DNA from: a virus
Lineage: Duplodnaviria; Caudoviricetes
DNA: 64,000 nucleotides
IMG/VR virus record: IMGVR_UViG_3300044266_000273
Location: 31,902-95,901 of that record
Strand: one strand, 5' to 3'
A program made the translations under genes and the position numbers. This document shows positions 45,525 through 54,914 of this stretch, in pieces (within the stretch, counting starts at the first letter, position 1; each line of letters begins with the position of its first letter). The notes beneath the pieces are model-generated. The model worked only from the letters and a program-made list of their open reading frames with translations, was not told the DNA's origin and did no database searches.

Positions 45525-46538
45525 ATGTCCGTTTTTATTGACCGAACGTTTCTTCTTAGAGTTTCTCCAAAACTTCAAAAATTCTCACAAAAAAAAGAGG
45601 ACCTGTATAACTTCAGATGTCCTCTCTGTGGTGATTCCTCAAAGAACAAAACAAAAGCCCGTGGTTATGTGTATCGGAAGAAAAACGATTATTTCTACCG
45701 ATGCCACAACTGTGGTGCGTCCACCACTTTTTATAATTTCTTAGAAAAGATTGATCCACATCTACTCAAAGAATATGCACTTGAGAGATACAAGAATAAT
45801 GAGGTAGGCAATCATAACTATACCAAACCCACATTCGATGAAGTTCGAGTAAAGCCAGTATTCAAGAAAAAATTAAATCTGCCATCTATCGCAGAATTAC
45901 CACCAGAACATTTTGCCAAATCATATGTTTTGTCCCGCAAGATTCCTGTTGATCACCATTGGGATCTATATTTTGCGGAAGACTTTAAGAAATTCGTGGA
46001 AGACTTGGGTATTGAAAAAGATGGTCTGAAAGAAAACGATCCACGATTGGTGATTCCATTTTATGATGCAGATAAGAATCTAACCGCATTTCAAGGCCGT
46101 GCTCTTGGTGAATCAAAGTTACGTTATATCACGGTAAAACTAGACGATGATAATTATAAAGTCTTTGGTCTTGATAGGATCAACCAGGACGAAATGATTA
46201 ATGTGGTGGAAGGTCCTATTGACTCTTTATTCCTGCCGAATACAATTGCCACGGCCGATTCAAATCTTCCATCCGTAACAAGATTATTTGATAAATCCAA
46301 GGTTGTTTTAGTATTTGATAACGAACCTAGGAATAAAGACATTGTAAAGATCATGGAAAAAGCCATTGAAGAACATTTCAATGTAGTAATATGGCCAGAA
46401 ATTGTAAGTGAAGAGAAAGATATCAATGATATGATTTTGAATGGGTTCTCACCAGATGAAATTCAAGACATTATAAGTACCCATACATTCGTGAATTTAA
46501 GAGCCAAGATGGAATTAATTAATTGGAAGAAAGTATAA
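45525..46538 (+). CDS. 61: DNA primase gp61
   Basis: CPLCGDS, CHNCG, EGPIDSLF and DNEPRN motifs. Confidence 0.96.
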   Translation: MSVFIDRTFLLRVSPKLQKFSQKKEDLYNFRCPLCGDSSKNKTKARGYVYRKKNDYFYRCHNCGASTTFYNFLEKIDPHLLKEYALERYKNNEVGNHNYTKPTFDEVRVKPVFKKKLNLPSIAELPPEHFAKSYVLSRKIPVDHHWDLYFAEDFKKFVEDLGIEKDGLKENDPRLVIPFYDADKNLTAFQGRALGESKLRYITVKLDDDNYKVFGLDRINQDEMINVVEGPIDSLFLPNTIATADSNLPSVTRLFDKSKVVLVFDNEPRNKDIVKIMEKAIEEHFNVVIWPEIVSEEKDINDMILNGFSPDEIQDIISTHTFVNLRAKMELINWKKV

Positions 46539-46540
46539 TT

Positions 46541-47194
46541 ATGAAAGTGAATTTAATATCATATTCAAAGGACATGGAAAACCGCAGTCTGATGGAGCAG
46601 GTGGCATATGTTGCACGTGTATCAAACCCCACAAATCAAAATAATGATGATACGGCAGAAAAGTTGGTCCGTTACCTCATCAAAAATCAGCACTGGTCTC
46701 CATTAGAAATGGTGAACCTTTGTATTGAAATTGAAACGACAAGAGATATTGCACGACAAATTTTGCGTCACCGGTCATTTTCGTTCCAGGAATTTTCACA
46801 ACGTTATGCTACAGCCACGCAACTTGGTTTTGAAACACGGGATGCTCGGATGCAAGATTTGAAAAATCGTCAAAACTCAATTGAAACAAATAATTCTCAG
46901 TTGCAGGAATGGTGGGAAGAGAAACAGCAAAAAGTTATTCGAGAGTGCCGTGATGCATATCAATGGGCACTTGATAGTGGCATTGCTAAAGAACAAGCAA
47001 GAGCTGTGTTGCCTGAAGGTATTACAATGTCTCGTATGTACATGAACGGAAGTCTTCGTTCTTGGATACACTATATACAACTACGAACAGGTAACGGCAC
47101 ACAAAAAGAACATAGAGAAGTTGCTATGGAATGTGCTAAAGTTATTCGTGTTATTTTTCCTATGATTATGGAGTTTGTCTGTGAACAGTCGTGA
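46541..47194 (+). CDS. thyX: FAD-dependent thymidylate synthase
   Basis: HWSPLE and RHRSFSFQEFSQRY motifs. Confidence 0.96.
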   Translation: MKVNLISYSKDMENRSLMEQVAYVARVSNPTNQNNDDTAEKLVRYLIKNQHWSPLEMVNLCIEIETTRDIARQILRHRSFSFQEFSQRYATATQLGFETRDARMQDLKNRQNSIETNNSQLQEWWEEKQQKVIRECRDAYQWALDSGIAKEQARAVLPEGITMSRMYMNGSLRSWIHYIQLRTGNGTQKEHREVAMECAKVIRVIFPMIMEFVCEQS

Positions 47195-47549
47195 TGATGT
47201 AAAAAAATTTATGACAGCTTGTGATCAAACCAAAGTTGGATTCACACAACAATCATCACTATATTATCAATTAATTGTTGAAGAATTTTGGGAATTAAAA
47301 CAAGCTTTTCAAAATAATGATTTAGTTGAAATTGCTGATGCCTGTGCCGATTTAAAATGGGTTATTGAAGGCCTAGAGCATTCTCTTAATATACCACAAC
47401 AGGAGGTATGGGATGAAGTAGCTAGAAGCAATTTGAGTAAGATCAGTTCGAGTGGAAAAGTTATCAAAAGAGAAGATGGAAAGGTTTTAAAACCGGATAC
47501 ATATTCTCCCCCAGACATTAAAACAATCATAGAAAAAATTAGGACATAA
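47175..47549 (+). CDS. MazG/PRA-PH-like NTP pyrophosphatase
   Basis: EEFWE, ADACAD, SNLSK and DGKVLK motifs. Confidence 0.85.
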   Translation: MSVNSRDDVKKFMTACDQTKVGFTQQSSLYYQLIVEEFWELKQAFQNNDLVEIADACADLKWVIEGLEHSLNIPQQEVWDEVARSNLSKISSSGKVIKREDGKVLKPDTYSPPDIKTIIEKIRT

Positions 47550-47553
47550 CCAT

Positions 47554-49338
47554 ATGGAATATCTTGGTATTAACATTGACTTAGAGAGAGACAAACTTTT
47601 TGATGAACTGGGTATCAAACGTTTACAAGAATCTTATATGCGAGAAGATGAAACTTCTCCACAACACAGATTCGCATTCGTATCTAAATCGTTCGGCTCT
47701 AATCCGGAACACGCACAGAGGTTATATGAATACTCTAGTCAGCATTGGTTATCTTATAGCACTCCCATTCTTTCTTTTGGTCGCTCTAAGCGTGGTATGC
47801 CTATATCATGTTTCCTTAACTATATTGAAGATACTGCGGAGGGACTAGTTGATAATCTTAGTGAAACTAATTGGCTTTCTATGCTTGGTGGCGGTGTCGG
47901 CATTGGCTTTGGTATACGTTCGGCGGATGATAAATCTACTGGTGTTATGCCGCACCTCAAAATTTACGATGCGTCTAGTTTGGCGTATCGTCAAGGTCGC
48001 ACTCGTCGTGGGTCTTATGCTGCCTATCTTGATATTTCCCATCCTGATATTATTCCCTTCCTTGAGATGAGAAAACCGACCGGCGATCCTAATGTTCGCT
48101 GTTTGAATCTACATCACGGTATTAATATCACAGATGACTTCATGCAAATTATTGAGAAGTGCATGGTTGATCCTAATGCGACCGATGAATGGCAACTAAA
48201 AGATCCACATACAGGTGAAGTAAGAGAAACGGTTTCGGCCAAGATGTTATGGCAGTTGATTCTAGAATTGCGTATGCATACTGGTGAACCATACATTCAT
48301 TTTATTGATACGAGCAATCGTGAGCTTCCACAATTTCTCAAAGACAAAGATTTAAAAATTCATCAATCAAATCTTTGTTCCGAAATTATTCTTCCAACAA
48401 ATGAAGACCGTACTGCTGTTTGCTGCTTATCTTCATTAAACTTGGAAAAATATGATGAGTGGAAAGATAACAAGTTATTTCTCAAAGACGTAGCAGAAAT
48501 GCTCGATAATGTACTGCAATACTTTATTGACAAAGCACCAAAAGAAATTAAACGTGCCAAGTATTCAGCTATGCGTGAAAGAAGTATCGGTGTCGGTGCT
48601 TTAGGTTTCCATGCATATCTACAAAAGAATCTTATTCCATTTGAAGGTGTTATGGCCAAAGTTGTTAATAATAGAATGTTCAAAAACATCAAGGAGGGTT
48701 TAGATGCGGCCAATTTCTCACTGGGACTGGAACGAGGTGAAGCGCCGGATGCGCTGGGCACTGGTCGTAGGTTTAGTCATGTTATGGCTATTGCTCCCAA
48801 TGCTTCTTCTTCCATTATCATGGGGAATACTTCTCCTTCTGTTGAACCTTATCGTGCCAACGCTTATAGGCAAGATACTCTATCAGGGTCTCACTTAAAT
48901 AAGAACCGATGGTTGGATAAACTAATTCGTGAAAAGGTTGAAAACGATAGTGATTACAATGATGTGTGGTCAAGCATTATCGCTAATGACGGATCAGTTC
49001 AGCATTTAGATATTCTGGACGAAAATCAGAAAGATGTTTTCAAAACATCCATGGAAATTGATCAACGTTGGGTAATTGAATTGGCTTCCGACAGGCAACA
49101 ATATATTGACCAAGCACAATCACTAAACCTTTTCTTTAGGCCTGATAGTCACATCAAATATATCCACGCCATACATTTCATGGCCTGGAAAAAAGGACTC
49201 AAGACATTATACTATTGCCGTTCGGAAAAAATTGGCAAGGCAGATAAGGTGTCTAAGAAAATTGAGCGACAAGTGATTAAAGAACTTGATATGGTTCAAC
49301 TTGCTCAAGGTAACGATTGTATAGCTTGCGAGGGTTAA
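47554..49338 (+). CDS. nrdA: Class I ribonucleotide reductase alpha subunit
   Basis: ISCF, SNLCSE, TLYY and C-terminal CIACEG. Confidence 0.96.
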   Translation: MEYLGINIDLERDKLFDELGIKRLQESYMREDETSPQHRFAFVSKSFGSNPEHAQRLYEYSSQHWLSYSTPILSFGRSKRGMPISCFLNYIEDTAEGLVDNLSETNWLSMLGGGVGIGFGIRSADDKSTGVMPHLKIYDASSLAYRQGRTRRGSYAAYLDISHPDIIPFLEMRKPTGDPNVRCLNLHHGINITDDFMQIIEKCMVDPNATDEWQLKDPHTGEVRETVSAKMLWQLILELRMHTGEPYIHFIDTSNRELPQFLKDKDLKIHQSNLCSEIILPTNEDRTAVCCLSSLNLEKYDEWKDNKLFLKDVAEMLDNVLQYFIDKAPKEIKRAKYSAMRERSIGVGALGFHAYLQKNLIPFEGVMAKVVNNRMFKNIKEGLDAANFSLGLERGEAPDALGTGRRFSHVMAIAPNASSSIIMGNTSPSVEPYRANAYRQDTLSGSHLNKNRWLDKLIREKVENDSDYNDVWSSIIANDGSVQHLDILDENQKDVFKTSMEIDQRWVIELASDRQQYIDQAQSLNLFFRPDSHIKYIHAIHFMAWKKGLKTLYYCRSEKIGKADKVSKKIERQVIKELDMVQLAQGNDCIACEG

Positions 49339-49339
49339 A

Positions 49340-49582
49340 ATGTTAAAACTACTACGTTTCACTTCATCCACATGTCAACCATGTAAAGTGTTATCTAAAA
49401 ATTTAGAAGAAGCAAAATTAAATCTTCCAATTGAAACTATTGATATTGATGTTCACGGCGATCTTGTATTAGATTATGGCATTCGTTCTGTTCCAACATT
49501 AATTATGATTGATGAATTTGTTGAAGTAAAAAGAATGAGCGGAGTAAAAACACCAGAACAATTAAGAGAGTGGGCACAATGA
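49340..49582 (+). CDS. Thioredoxin
   Basis: CQPC and SVPT motifs. Confidence 0.85.
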   Translation: MLKLLRFTSSTCQPCKVLSKNLEEAKLNLPIETIDIDVHGDLVLDYGIRSVPTLIMIDEFVEVKRMSGVKTPEQLREWAQ

Positions 49583-50565
49583 TTAAAAAAACAACATCGA
49601 GAATTACGGAAGACAGAACGTACTTTAAACCTTTCAATTATCCTTGGGCCTATGATGCGTGGTTAAAACATGAGCAGTCTCATTGGCTTCACACTGAAGT
49701 GCCGATGCTTGAGGATGTAAAAGACTGGAAGAAAAGATTAACGGACGAGGAGAAAAAGTTTCTCACTCACATTTTCCGATTCTTTACACAAGGTGACATT
49801 GACGTTGCTGGCGGTTATGTACGGAATTACTTGCCTTATTTTCCACAACCAGAAGTACGTATGATGTTGATGGGTTTTGCTGCACGTGAAGCTCTTCATA
49901 TCGCTGCTTATTCACACCTTATTGAAACTCTTGGTCTTCCAGAAACCTTGTATAATGATTTCATGGAATATCAGGCTATGAAAGAGAAACATGATTATGT
50001 CATGGATATTTCCCTACAGAATTCAACAAAAGAAAATACGGCCAAACACATTGCAGTTTTTTCAGCGTTTACCGAAGGTATGCAGTTGTTCAGTTCATTC
50101 ATTATGTTATTAAACTTTCCTCGCCATGGTAAAATGAAAGGTATGGGTCAAATTGTTACATGGTCTATTGTTGATGAAACCCAACACTGTGAATCTATGA
50201 TTAAGTTGTTTAGGACATTTGTACAAGAGAATAGTGAAATTTGGACGGATGAACTAAAGAGCAAGATTTATACAATGGCTGAAAAAATGGTAGAACTTGA
50301 AGATAAGTTTATTGATTTAGCCTTTGAAATGGGACCAATGGAAAATTTGACAATTGATGATGTTAAAAAGTACATTCGTTATATTGCAGACCGCCGTTTG
50401 ATTTCTCTCGGACTCAAAGGTGTGTTTAAAGTGAAAAAGAATCCTCTGCCTTGGGTTGAGGAAATGATTAACGCACCAACACACACTAATTTCTTTGAAA
50501 ATAGAGCCACTGATTATGCCAAAGGCGCACACACTGGAGATTGGGGTGACGTTTGGGCCAACTGA
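49579..50565 (+). CDS. nrdB: Ribonucleotide reductase beta subunit
   Basis: EALH, EGMQLF, DETQH and NFFE motifs. Confidence 0.96.
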   Translation: MIKKTTSRITEDRTYFKPFNYPWAYDAWLKHEQSHWLHTEVPMLEDVKDWKKRLTDEEKKFLTHIFRFFTQGDIDVAGGYVRNYLPYFPQPEVRMMLMGFAAREALHIAAYSHLIETLGLPETLYNDFMEYQAMKEKHDYVMDISLQNSTKENTAKHIAVFSAFTEGMQLFSSFIMLLNFPRHGKMKGMGQIVTWSIVDETQHCESMIKLFRTFVQENSEIWTDELKSKIYTMAEKMVELEDKFIDLAFEMGPMENLTIDDVKKYIRYIADRRLISLGLKGVFKVKKNPLPWVEEMINAPTHTNFFENRATDYAKGAHTGDWGDVWAN

Positions 50566-50573
50566 GGAAAAAC

Positions 50574-51563
50574 ATGAAAAAGATTTTATTTGGATTATTT
50601 GTAGCTGTTGCTTTTAATGTGAATGCACAAACCGTAAGCGGTGCTGGAGCAACTTTTCCAGCACCTCTTTATGCTAAATGGGCAGATGTATACAACAAAG
50701 AAACAGGAATCAAAATCAATTATCAAAGTGTAGGTAGCGGAGCAGGTATCAAACAAATTGAAGCAAGAACTGTTGCCTTTGGTGCGAGTGACATGCCACT
50801 CAAAGATGAGAAATTGAAAGAGATGGATGCAACACAATGGCCAATGGCTATTGGTGGTGTGGTGCCTATTGTTAATTTAAAAGATGTACCTAATGGTCAG
50901 TTGAGATTAACAGGTATGTTATTGGCCGACATCTATCTTGGGAAAATTACAAAATGGAATGATCCTCTTATCGCAAGATTAAATCCAACAATTAAACTTC
51001 CTGATGTTGATATTGTACCTATTAGAAGAGCAGATGGAAGTGGTACAACATTTATTTTTACTAATTACTTGAGCAAAGTCAATACGGATTTCAAAAAGAC
51101 AATTGGTGAAGGTACTGCCGTAAATTGGTTGGTTGGTGCCGGCGGTAAAGGTAATGAAGGTGTTGCACAGATGGTCAAACAATTATCAGGTTCTATCGGT
51201 TATGTAGAGTATGCATATGTCAAACAAACCAAAATGAATTTTGTTGTTATACAAAATCGAGAAGGCACTTGGCCACTACCTGATGATGATACTTTCAAGG
51301 CGGCCGCTGCTGGAGCTGATTGGAATAAATCATTCTATCAGATTCTAACAGATCAACCAGGAAAAAACAGTTGGCCAATTTCTGGCGCAACTTTTATTAT
51401 TATGCCACTCAAACACCATAAACCTGAAGAAGCAAAAGAAGCAATTAAATTTTTTAATTGGGCACTAGATAAGGGTGATAAAATGGCCGAAGATTTGGAT
51501 TATGTTCCTATGCCCAAAGCAGTCACAAACAAAATTAAATCTGAAATGGCAAAGATAAAATAA
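50574..51563 (+). CDS. pstS: Phosphate-binding protein PstS
   Basis: GAGATFP, GSGAG and RADGSGTT motifs. Confidence 0.95.
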   Translation: MKKILFGLFVAVAFNVNAQTVSGAGATFPAPLYAKWADVYNKETGIKINYQSVGSGAGIKQIEARTVAFGASDMPLKDEKLKEMDATQWPMAIGGVVPIVNLKDVPNGQLRLTGMLLADIYLGKITKWNDPLIARLNPTIKLPDVDIVPIRRADGSGTTFIFTNYLSKVNTDFKKTIGEGTAVNWLVGAGGKGNEGVAQMVKQLSGSIGYVEYAYVKQTKMNFVVIQNREGTWPLPDDDTFKAAAAGADWNKSFYQILTDQPGKNSWPISGATFIIMPLKHHKPEEAKEAIKFFNWALDKGDKMAEDLDYVPMPKAVTNKIKSEMAKIK

Positions 51564-51572
51564 GGAAAAAAT

Positions 51573-51761
51573 ATGTCACACAGAGCTGTAACCGGATCCT
51601 GCGATAGTTGCGAATCTTCTTTTACGATTTCATTTGAAGAAGCTTTCGTATCTGAAGACGATCCAGAATTTTGCCCTTTTTGTGGCGAAGTCATCGAAGA
51701 ATTAACTGAAGAATATATAGAGGATGAAGATTCTGAAGATGATGACGACAAATGGGATTAA
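51573..51761 (+). CDS. Zinc-ribbon acidic protein
   Basis: CDSC...CPFC. Confidence 0.7.
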   Translation: MSHRAVTGSCDSCESSFTISFEEAFVSEDDPEFCPFCGEVIEELTEEYIEDEDSEDDDDKWD

Positions 51762-52162
51762 ACTGGATATACAATAACAAAGATTTTACTGAAGATCAAA
51801 TTGGTGAGAACTACGGATTTGTTTATATCATTACAAACAATATAAACAATAAGAGTTACATTGGTAAAAAGTTTTTCTATTCTTCGAAAACTAAACAAGT
51901 AAAAGGAAAGAAAAAACGAATCAAAGTTCCCAGTGATTGGTTAAAATATTATGGTTCAAACGAAGAGTTGAAAAAGGATGTAAAAGAATATGGTGAATAT
52001 AATTTCAAAAGAGAAATTATACACCTATGTGCATCCAAAGGTGAATGTGGTTATCTAGAAGCCAAAGAGCAATTCGTCAAAGGCGTACTAGAAAATGATG
52101 ATTACTATAATACTTGGATTATGGTAAGAGTGAGAAAATCTCATATAAAGGGTTTACGATGA
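51752..52162 (+). CDS. GIY-YIG endonuclease
   Basis: GFVY...YIGKK and YYGS motifs. Confidence 0.85.
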   Translation: MGLNWIYNNKDFTEDQIGENYGFVYIITNNINNKSYIGKKFFYSSKTKQVKGKKKRIKVPSDWLKYYGSNEELKKDVKEYGEYNFKREIIHLCASKGECGYLEAKEQFVKGVLENDDYYNTWIMVRVRKSHIKGLR

Positions 52163-52521
52163 TTGAGTTTTTGAAAAAGATAGACCAAAAATTTGATGTA
52201 ATATTTTTTCTACCTCATGATGAGGATGAAAATGGTGTATATTTGGAATCAGCAACATATAATAAACCAGGAAAATTAATTGATGATGGACCAATTGGTC
52301 CCGCCTGGCACATATATCTTTTCCGGAAAACTGATGAAGGTGTTACTCACAAGGATTCTTTTGTTGGTATATTTTCGGATCCTAGGGAATATATTTCTAA
52401 TCTTATACCACAAGATTGGTATGGATTCGTTGCGAAAAAAACAACAACATCCAAAAAATTTATCAGTGAGACTATTGACAAGTTGAATGAAATATATTAC
52501 AATACGAACACTACAACTTAA
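52159..52521 (+). CDS. Hypothetical protein
   Basis: ORF coupled to the upstream gene. Confidence 0.55.
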   Translation: MIEFLKKIDQKFDVIFFLPHDEDENGVYLESATYNKPGKLIDDGPIGPAWHIYLFRKTDEGVTHKDSFVGIFSDPREYISNLIPQDWYGFVAKKTTTSKKFISETIDKLNEIYYNTNTTT

Positions 52522-52536
52522 CTTGGAATTTTCGTT

Positions 52537-53394
52537 ATGATTCTTGTTGACCTCAATCAAGTCCTGCTTTCTGGCTTGATGGCACAAATTGCTTCACAGA
52601 AGAATGTTAAATTGGAAGAAAGCCTCGTAAGACATATGATTCTGAATATCATCAGAACACACCTAAAAAACTTCAGGAATGAATACGGTGAAGTTGTGTT
52701 GTGTTGTGACAACAGAAAATATTGGCGTCGAGAATTCTTTCCTTTCTACAAAGCTGGCCGTAAGAAAACAAGAGAAAAGTCTGATTTGGATTGGCACATG
52801 ATTTTTGATATGTTGGCCAAGTTCAAACTCGAATTGAAAGAAAACTTCCCGTACAAAGTTGTTGATGTTGAAAATGCCGAAGCAGATGATATCATCGGCA
52901 CACTAGCACCAATTTATGTTGCACACGAAAATGTTCTTATTATTTCCAGTGACGGCGATTTTCTCCAGTTGCAACGACATAACAATTCAAAATACAAAAT
53001 TAAACAATATAATCCAGCTATGAAGAAATTTGTAGTTTCGGAAAATCCATTGTTAGAGCTAAAAGAGAAAATCATCAAAGGTGATAAAGGTGATGGCATT
53101 CCGAACATCATTTCTTCGAGCGATTGTTTTGTGAGAGAAGTGCGTCAAACACCAATACACAAGGCCAAACTTGATAAATTCTTGAACGAAGAATACACAC
53201 TTTATGCAACTGAAGCAAAAATTGGATTTACTCGTAATCAGACGTTGATTGATCTATCTTATATTCCTGAAGAAATCAAGCAGCGGATTATAAATATTTA
53301 CAACGAAACAAAACCAGCACCACGTTCTAAAATTCTGGATTATTTTATTTCAAATAAACTCAGGAATCTAATGGATGTTATTGAGGAATTCTAA
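52537..53394 (+). CDS. rnh: T4-type RNase H (5'-3' exonuclease)
   Basis: EADDIIG, SSDGDF and GDKGDGIPN motifs. Confidence 0.95.
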   Translation: MILVDLNQVLLSGLMAQIASQKNVKLEESLVRHMILNIIRTHLKNFRNEYGEVVLCCDNRKYWRREFFPFYKAGRKKTREKSDLDWHMIFDMLAKFKLELKENFPYKVVDVENAEADDIIGTLAPIYVAHENVLIISSDGDFLQLQRHNNSKYKIKQYNPAMKKFVVSENPLLELKEKIIKGDKGDGIPNIISSSDCFVREVRQTPIHKAKLDKFLNEEYTLYATEAKIGFTRNQTLIDLSYIPEEIKQRIINIYNETKPAPRSKILDYFISNKLRNLMDVIEEF

Positions 53395-53819
53395 TGAAAA
53401 ACATATATGAAATTTTTGATGAGTTTGAACAAGCAAAAAACAAAAAGGAAAGAATGTCTGTGATAGAAAAGAATCTATCACCCACACTCGTGCAGGTATT
53501 TGAGTTGGCATATCATCCCAACTATAAATGGAAAGTCAAAGAACTTCCAGAAAACTATAAAATACCAACTGACATTCTTCCAGGAATCACATTTGATAAC
53601 TTAAACGCACAACTGCGTAGATTGTATCTTTTCTTGGAAGGAGATCCAAGATCCGAACAATTAACAGAGAGACGTAGAAATGAAATTCTCGTTCAAATGT
53701 TAGAATCCATCGAACCCAGAGAAGCAGAAATTATTCTGGGTATTTTCCAAAAAGATTTAGGTGTAAAGGGCCTTGATTACAAATTTGTCAAGGAAGCTTT
53801 TCCAAATCTTTTGCCATAA
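53394..53819 (+). CDS. Conserved T4-like hypothetical protein
   Basis: RRNEILVQMLES...EAFP. Confidence 0.65.
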   Translation: MKNIYEIFDEFEQAKNKKERMSVIEKNLSPTLVQVFELAYHPNYKWKVKELPENYKIPTDILPGITFDNLNAQLRRLYLFLEGDPRSEQLTERRRNEILVQMLESIEPREAEIILGIFQKDLGVKGLDYKFVKEAFPNLLP

Positions 53820-53838
53820 ACTAAAAGGAGATTAGTAC

Positions 53839-54039
53839 GTGTCTAAATTTGTAGGTAAGTTTCGTAAAAATAAAGATTATAATGATGACTACGATTTTGA
53901 GAGTAAAAAAAGAAAAACCCGAAACGAACACTCGGAAATTAAAAAATTAAAAAACTACAATTATGACCAGATACTAGATATGTATGAGGAAGACGGTTAC
54001 CAAAAAGATAGCCGAAAAGCCGCAAGACGAATTAGTTAA
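53839..54039 (+). CDS. Hypothetical protein
   Basis: GTG start after AGGAG. Confidence 0.55.
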   Translation: MSKFVGKFRKNKDYNDDYDFESKKRKTRNEHSEIKKLKNYNYDQILDMYEEDGYQKDSRKAARRIS

Positions 54040-54092
54040 AGTTGTTTTTTTGCAACATTTTTGTTGCAATTTTTGTTGTGATGTGTTAGAAT
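54040..54092 (+). promoter_or_regulatory. Palindrome plus sigma70 promoter
   Basis: GTTG-N8-CAACA followed by TTGCAA-17-TAGAAT. Confidence 0.6.
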
Positions 54093-54122
54093 ATGAAGTT
54101 CCTATGTAAAGGAGTTCATATC

Positions 54123-54500
54123 ATGATGGTCTACACTCGTCCGGCAAAATCAAAACCCAAAAAAGCACCAAAAGCTCAACGCGAGCAATACGAAAAATGG
54201 CTCAAATCTCATCAGCCATCAAAATCCGTGAAGATTTTGCAAAAATCCTGTGCAAAAATCATTGAGCCACCTAAGGTTGTGCATCGGACTACAGAAAAAC
54301 TGCCTTCCTTAAATTCCTGGGTCACAGGACCACTGTCTAGAACAGGTATCATGCGAGACTATCACAAATATTCAGCTGAAGATCGTCAGAAAATTGATTC
54401 GATTAGCAAATCCGTTGCTCCCCTACATAAAAGCAATTACGTTTATGTCTCCGAAGGCATGAATCCCGCTTCACTAGGCCGAAAAAACGAAGTTTTATAA
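54123..54500 (+). CDS. Basic hypothetical protein
   Basis: AAGGAG RBS; APLHKSNY motif. Confidence 0.6.
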   Translation: MMVYTRPAKSKPKKAPKAQREQYEKWLKSHQPSKSVKILQKSCAKIIEPPKVVHRTTEKLPSLNSWVTGPLSRTGIMRDYHKYSAEDRQKIDSISKSVAPLHKSNYVYVSEGMNPASLGRKNEVL

Positions 54501-54502
54501 AA

Positions 54503-54676
54503 ATGCAACAAGAAAATCAATATTTTGTACAAAAATCTTTAGTTGATGACGACATTGAACCTTGGAAAAGACTGGAAAATGTAGTCCGAATATGGGCTGC
54601 ACAATCCGGATTCGAAAAAGACCAAGAATTTTACACTTATATGAAAATTGAAAATGCAAAAACGTTATTTTTCTGA
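54503..54676 (+). CDS. Hypothetical protein, 57 aa (missing from the ORF track)
   Basis: Fills the gap between neighbouring genes. Confidence 0.4.
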   Translation: MQQENQYFVQKSLVDDDIEPWKRLENVVRIWAAQSGFEKDQEFYTYMKIENAKTLFF

Positions 54677-54836
54677 AATAGTTGATGCCGATGATGGTTC
54701 CGGAGATGGAATTCTTACGATTCCTCCAGAAATCATTGAAGAGCTTAAGTGGACGCCTGGTATGCAGCTCACAATGAGTGTAGAAGAAGACGCCAACGGT
54801 GCAAATGTTATCATTTTGAAATCAAAAACGTTGTAA
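54654..54836 (+). CDS. AbrB/MazE-like small protein
   Basis: LTIPPEIIEELKWTPG motif. Confidence 0.65.
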   Translation: MQKRYFSEIVDADDGSGDGILTIPPEIIEELKWTPGMQLTMSVEEDANGANVIILKSKTL

Positions 54837-54891
54837 TTTTACAACACATGCGATTTTTTTGTTGATTTTTATGTGTGGTACGTGTTATAAT
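54829..54891 (+). promoter_or_regulatory. Palindrome plus sigma70 promoter
   Basis: GTTG-N8-CAACA; TTGATT-18-TATAAT. Confidence 0.55.
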
Positions 54892-54914
54892 ACAGTTATT
54901 GCACAGGAGATATT

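Noticed and set aside
21919-50565. Introns or inteins in gp43, gp41, nrdA or nrdB
   Set aside because: All are continuous ORFs of ordinary length with no visible insertion.
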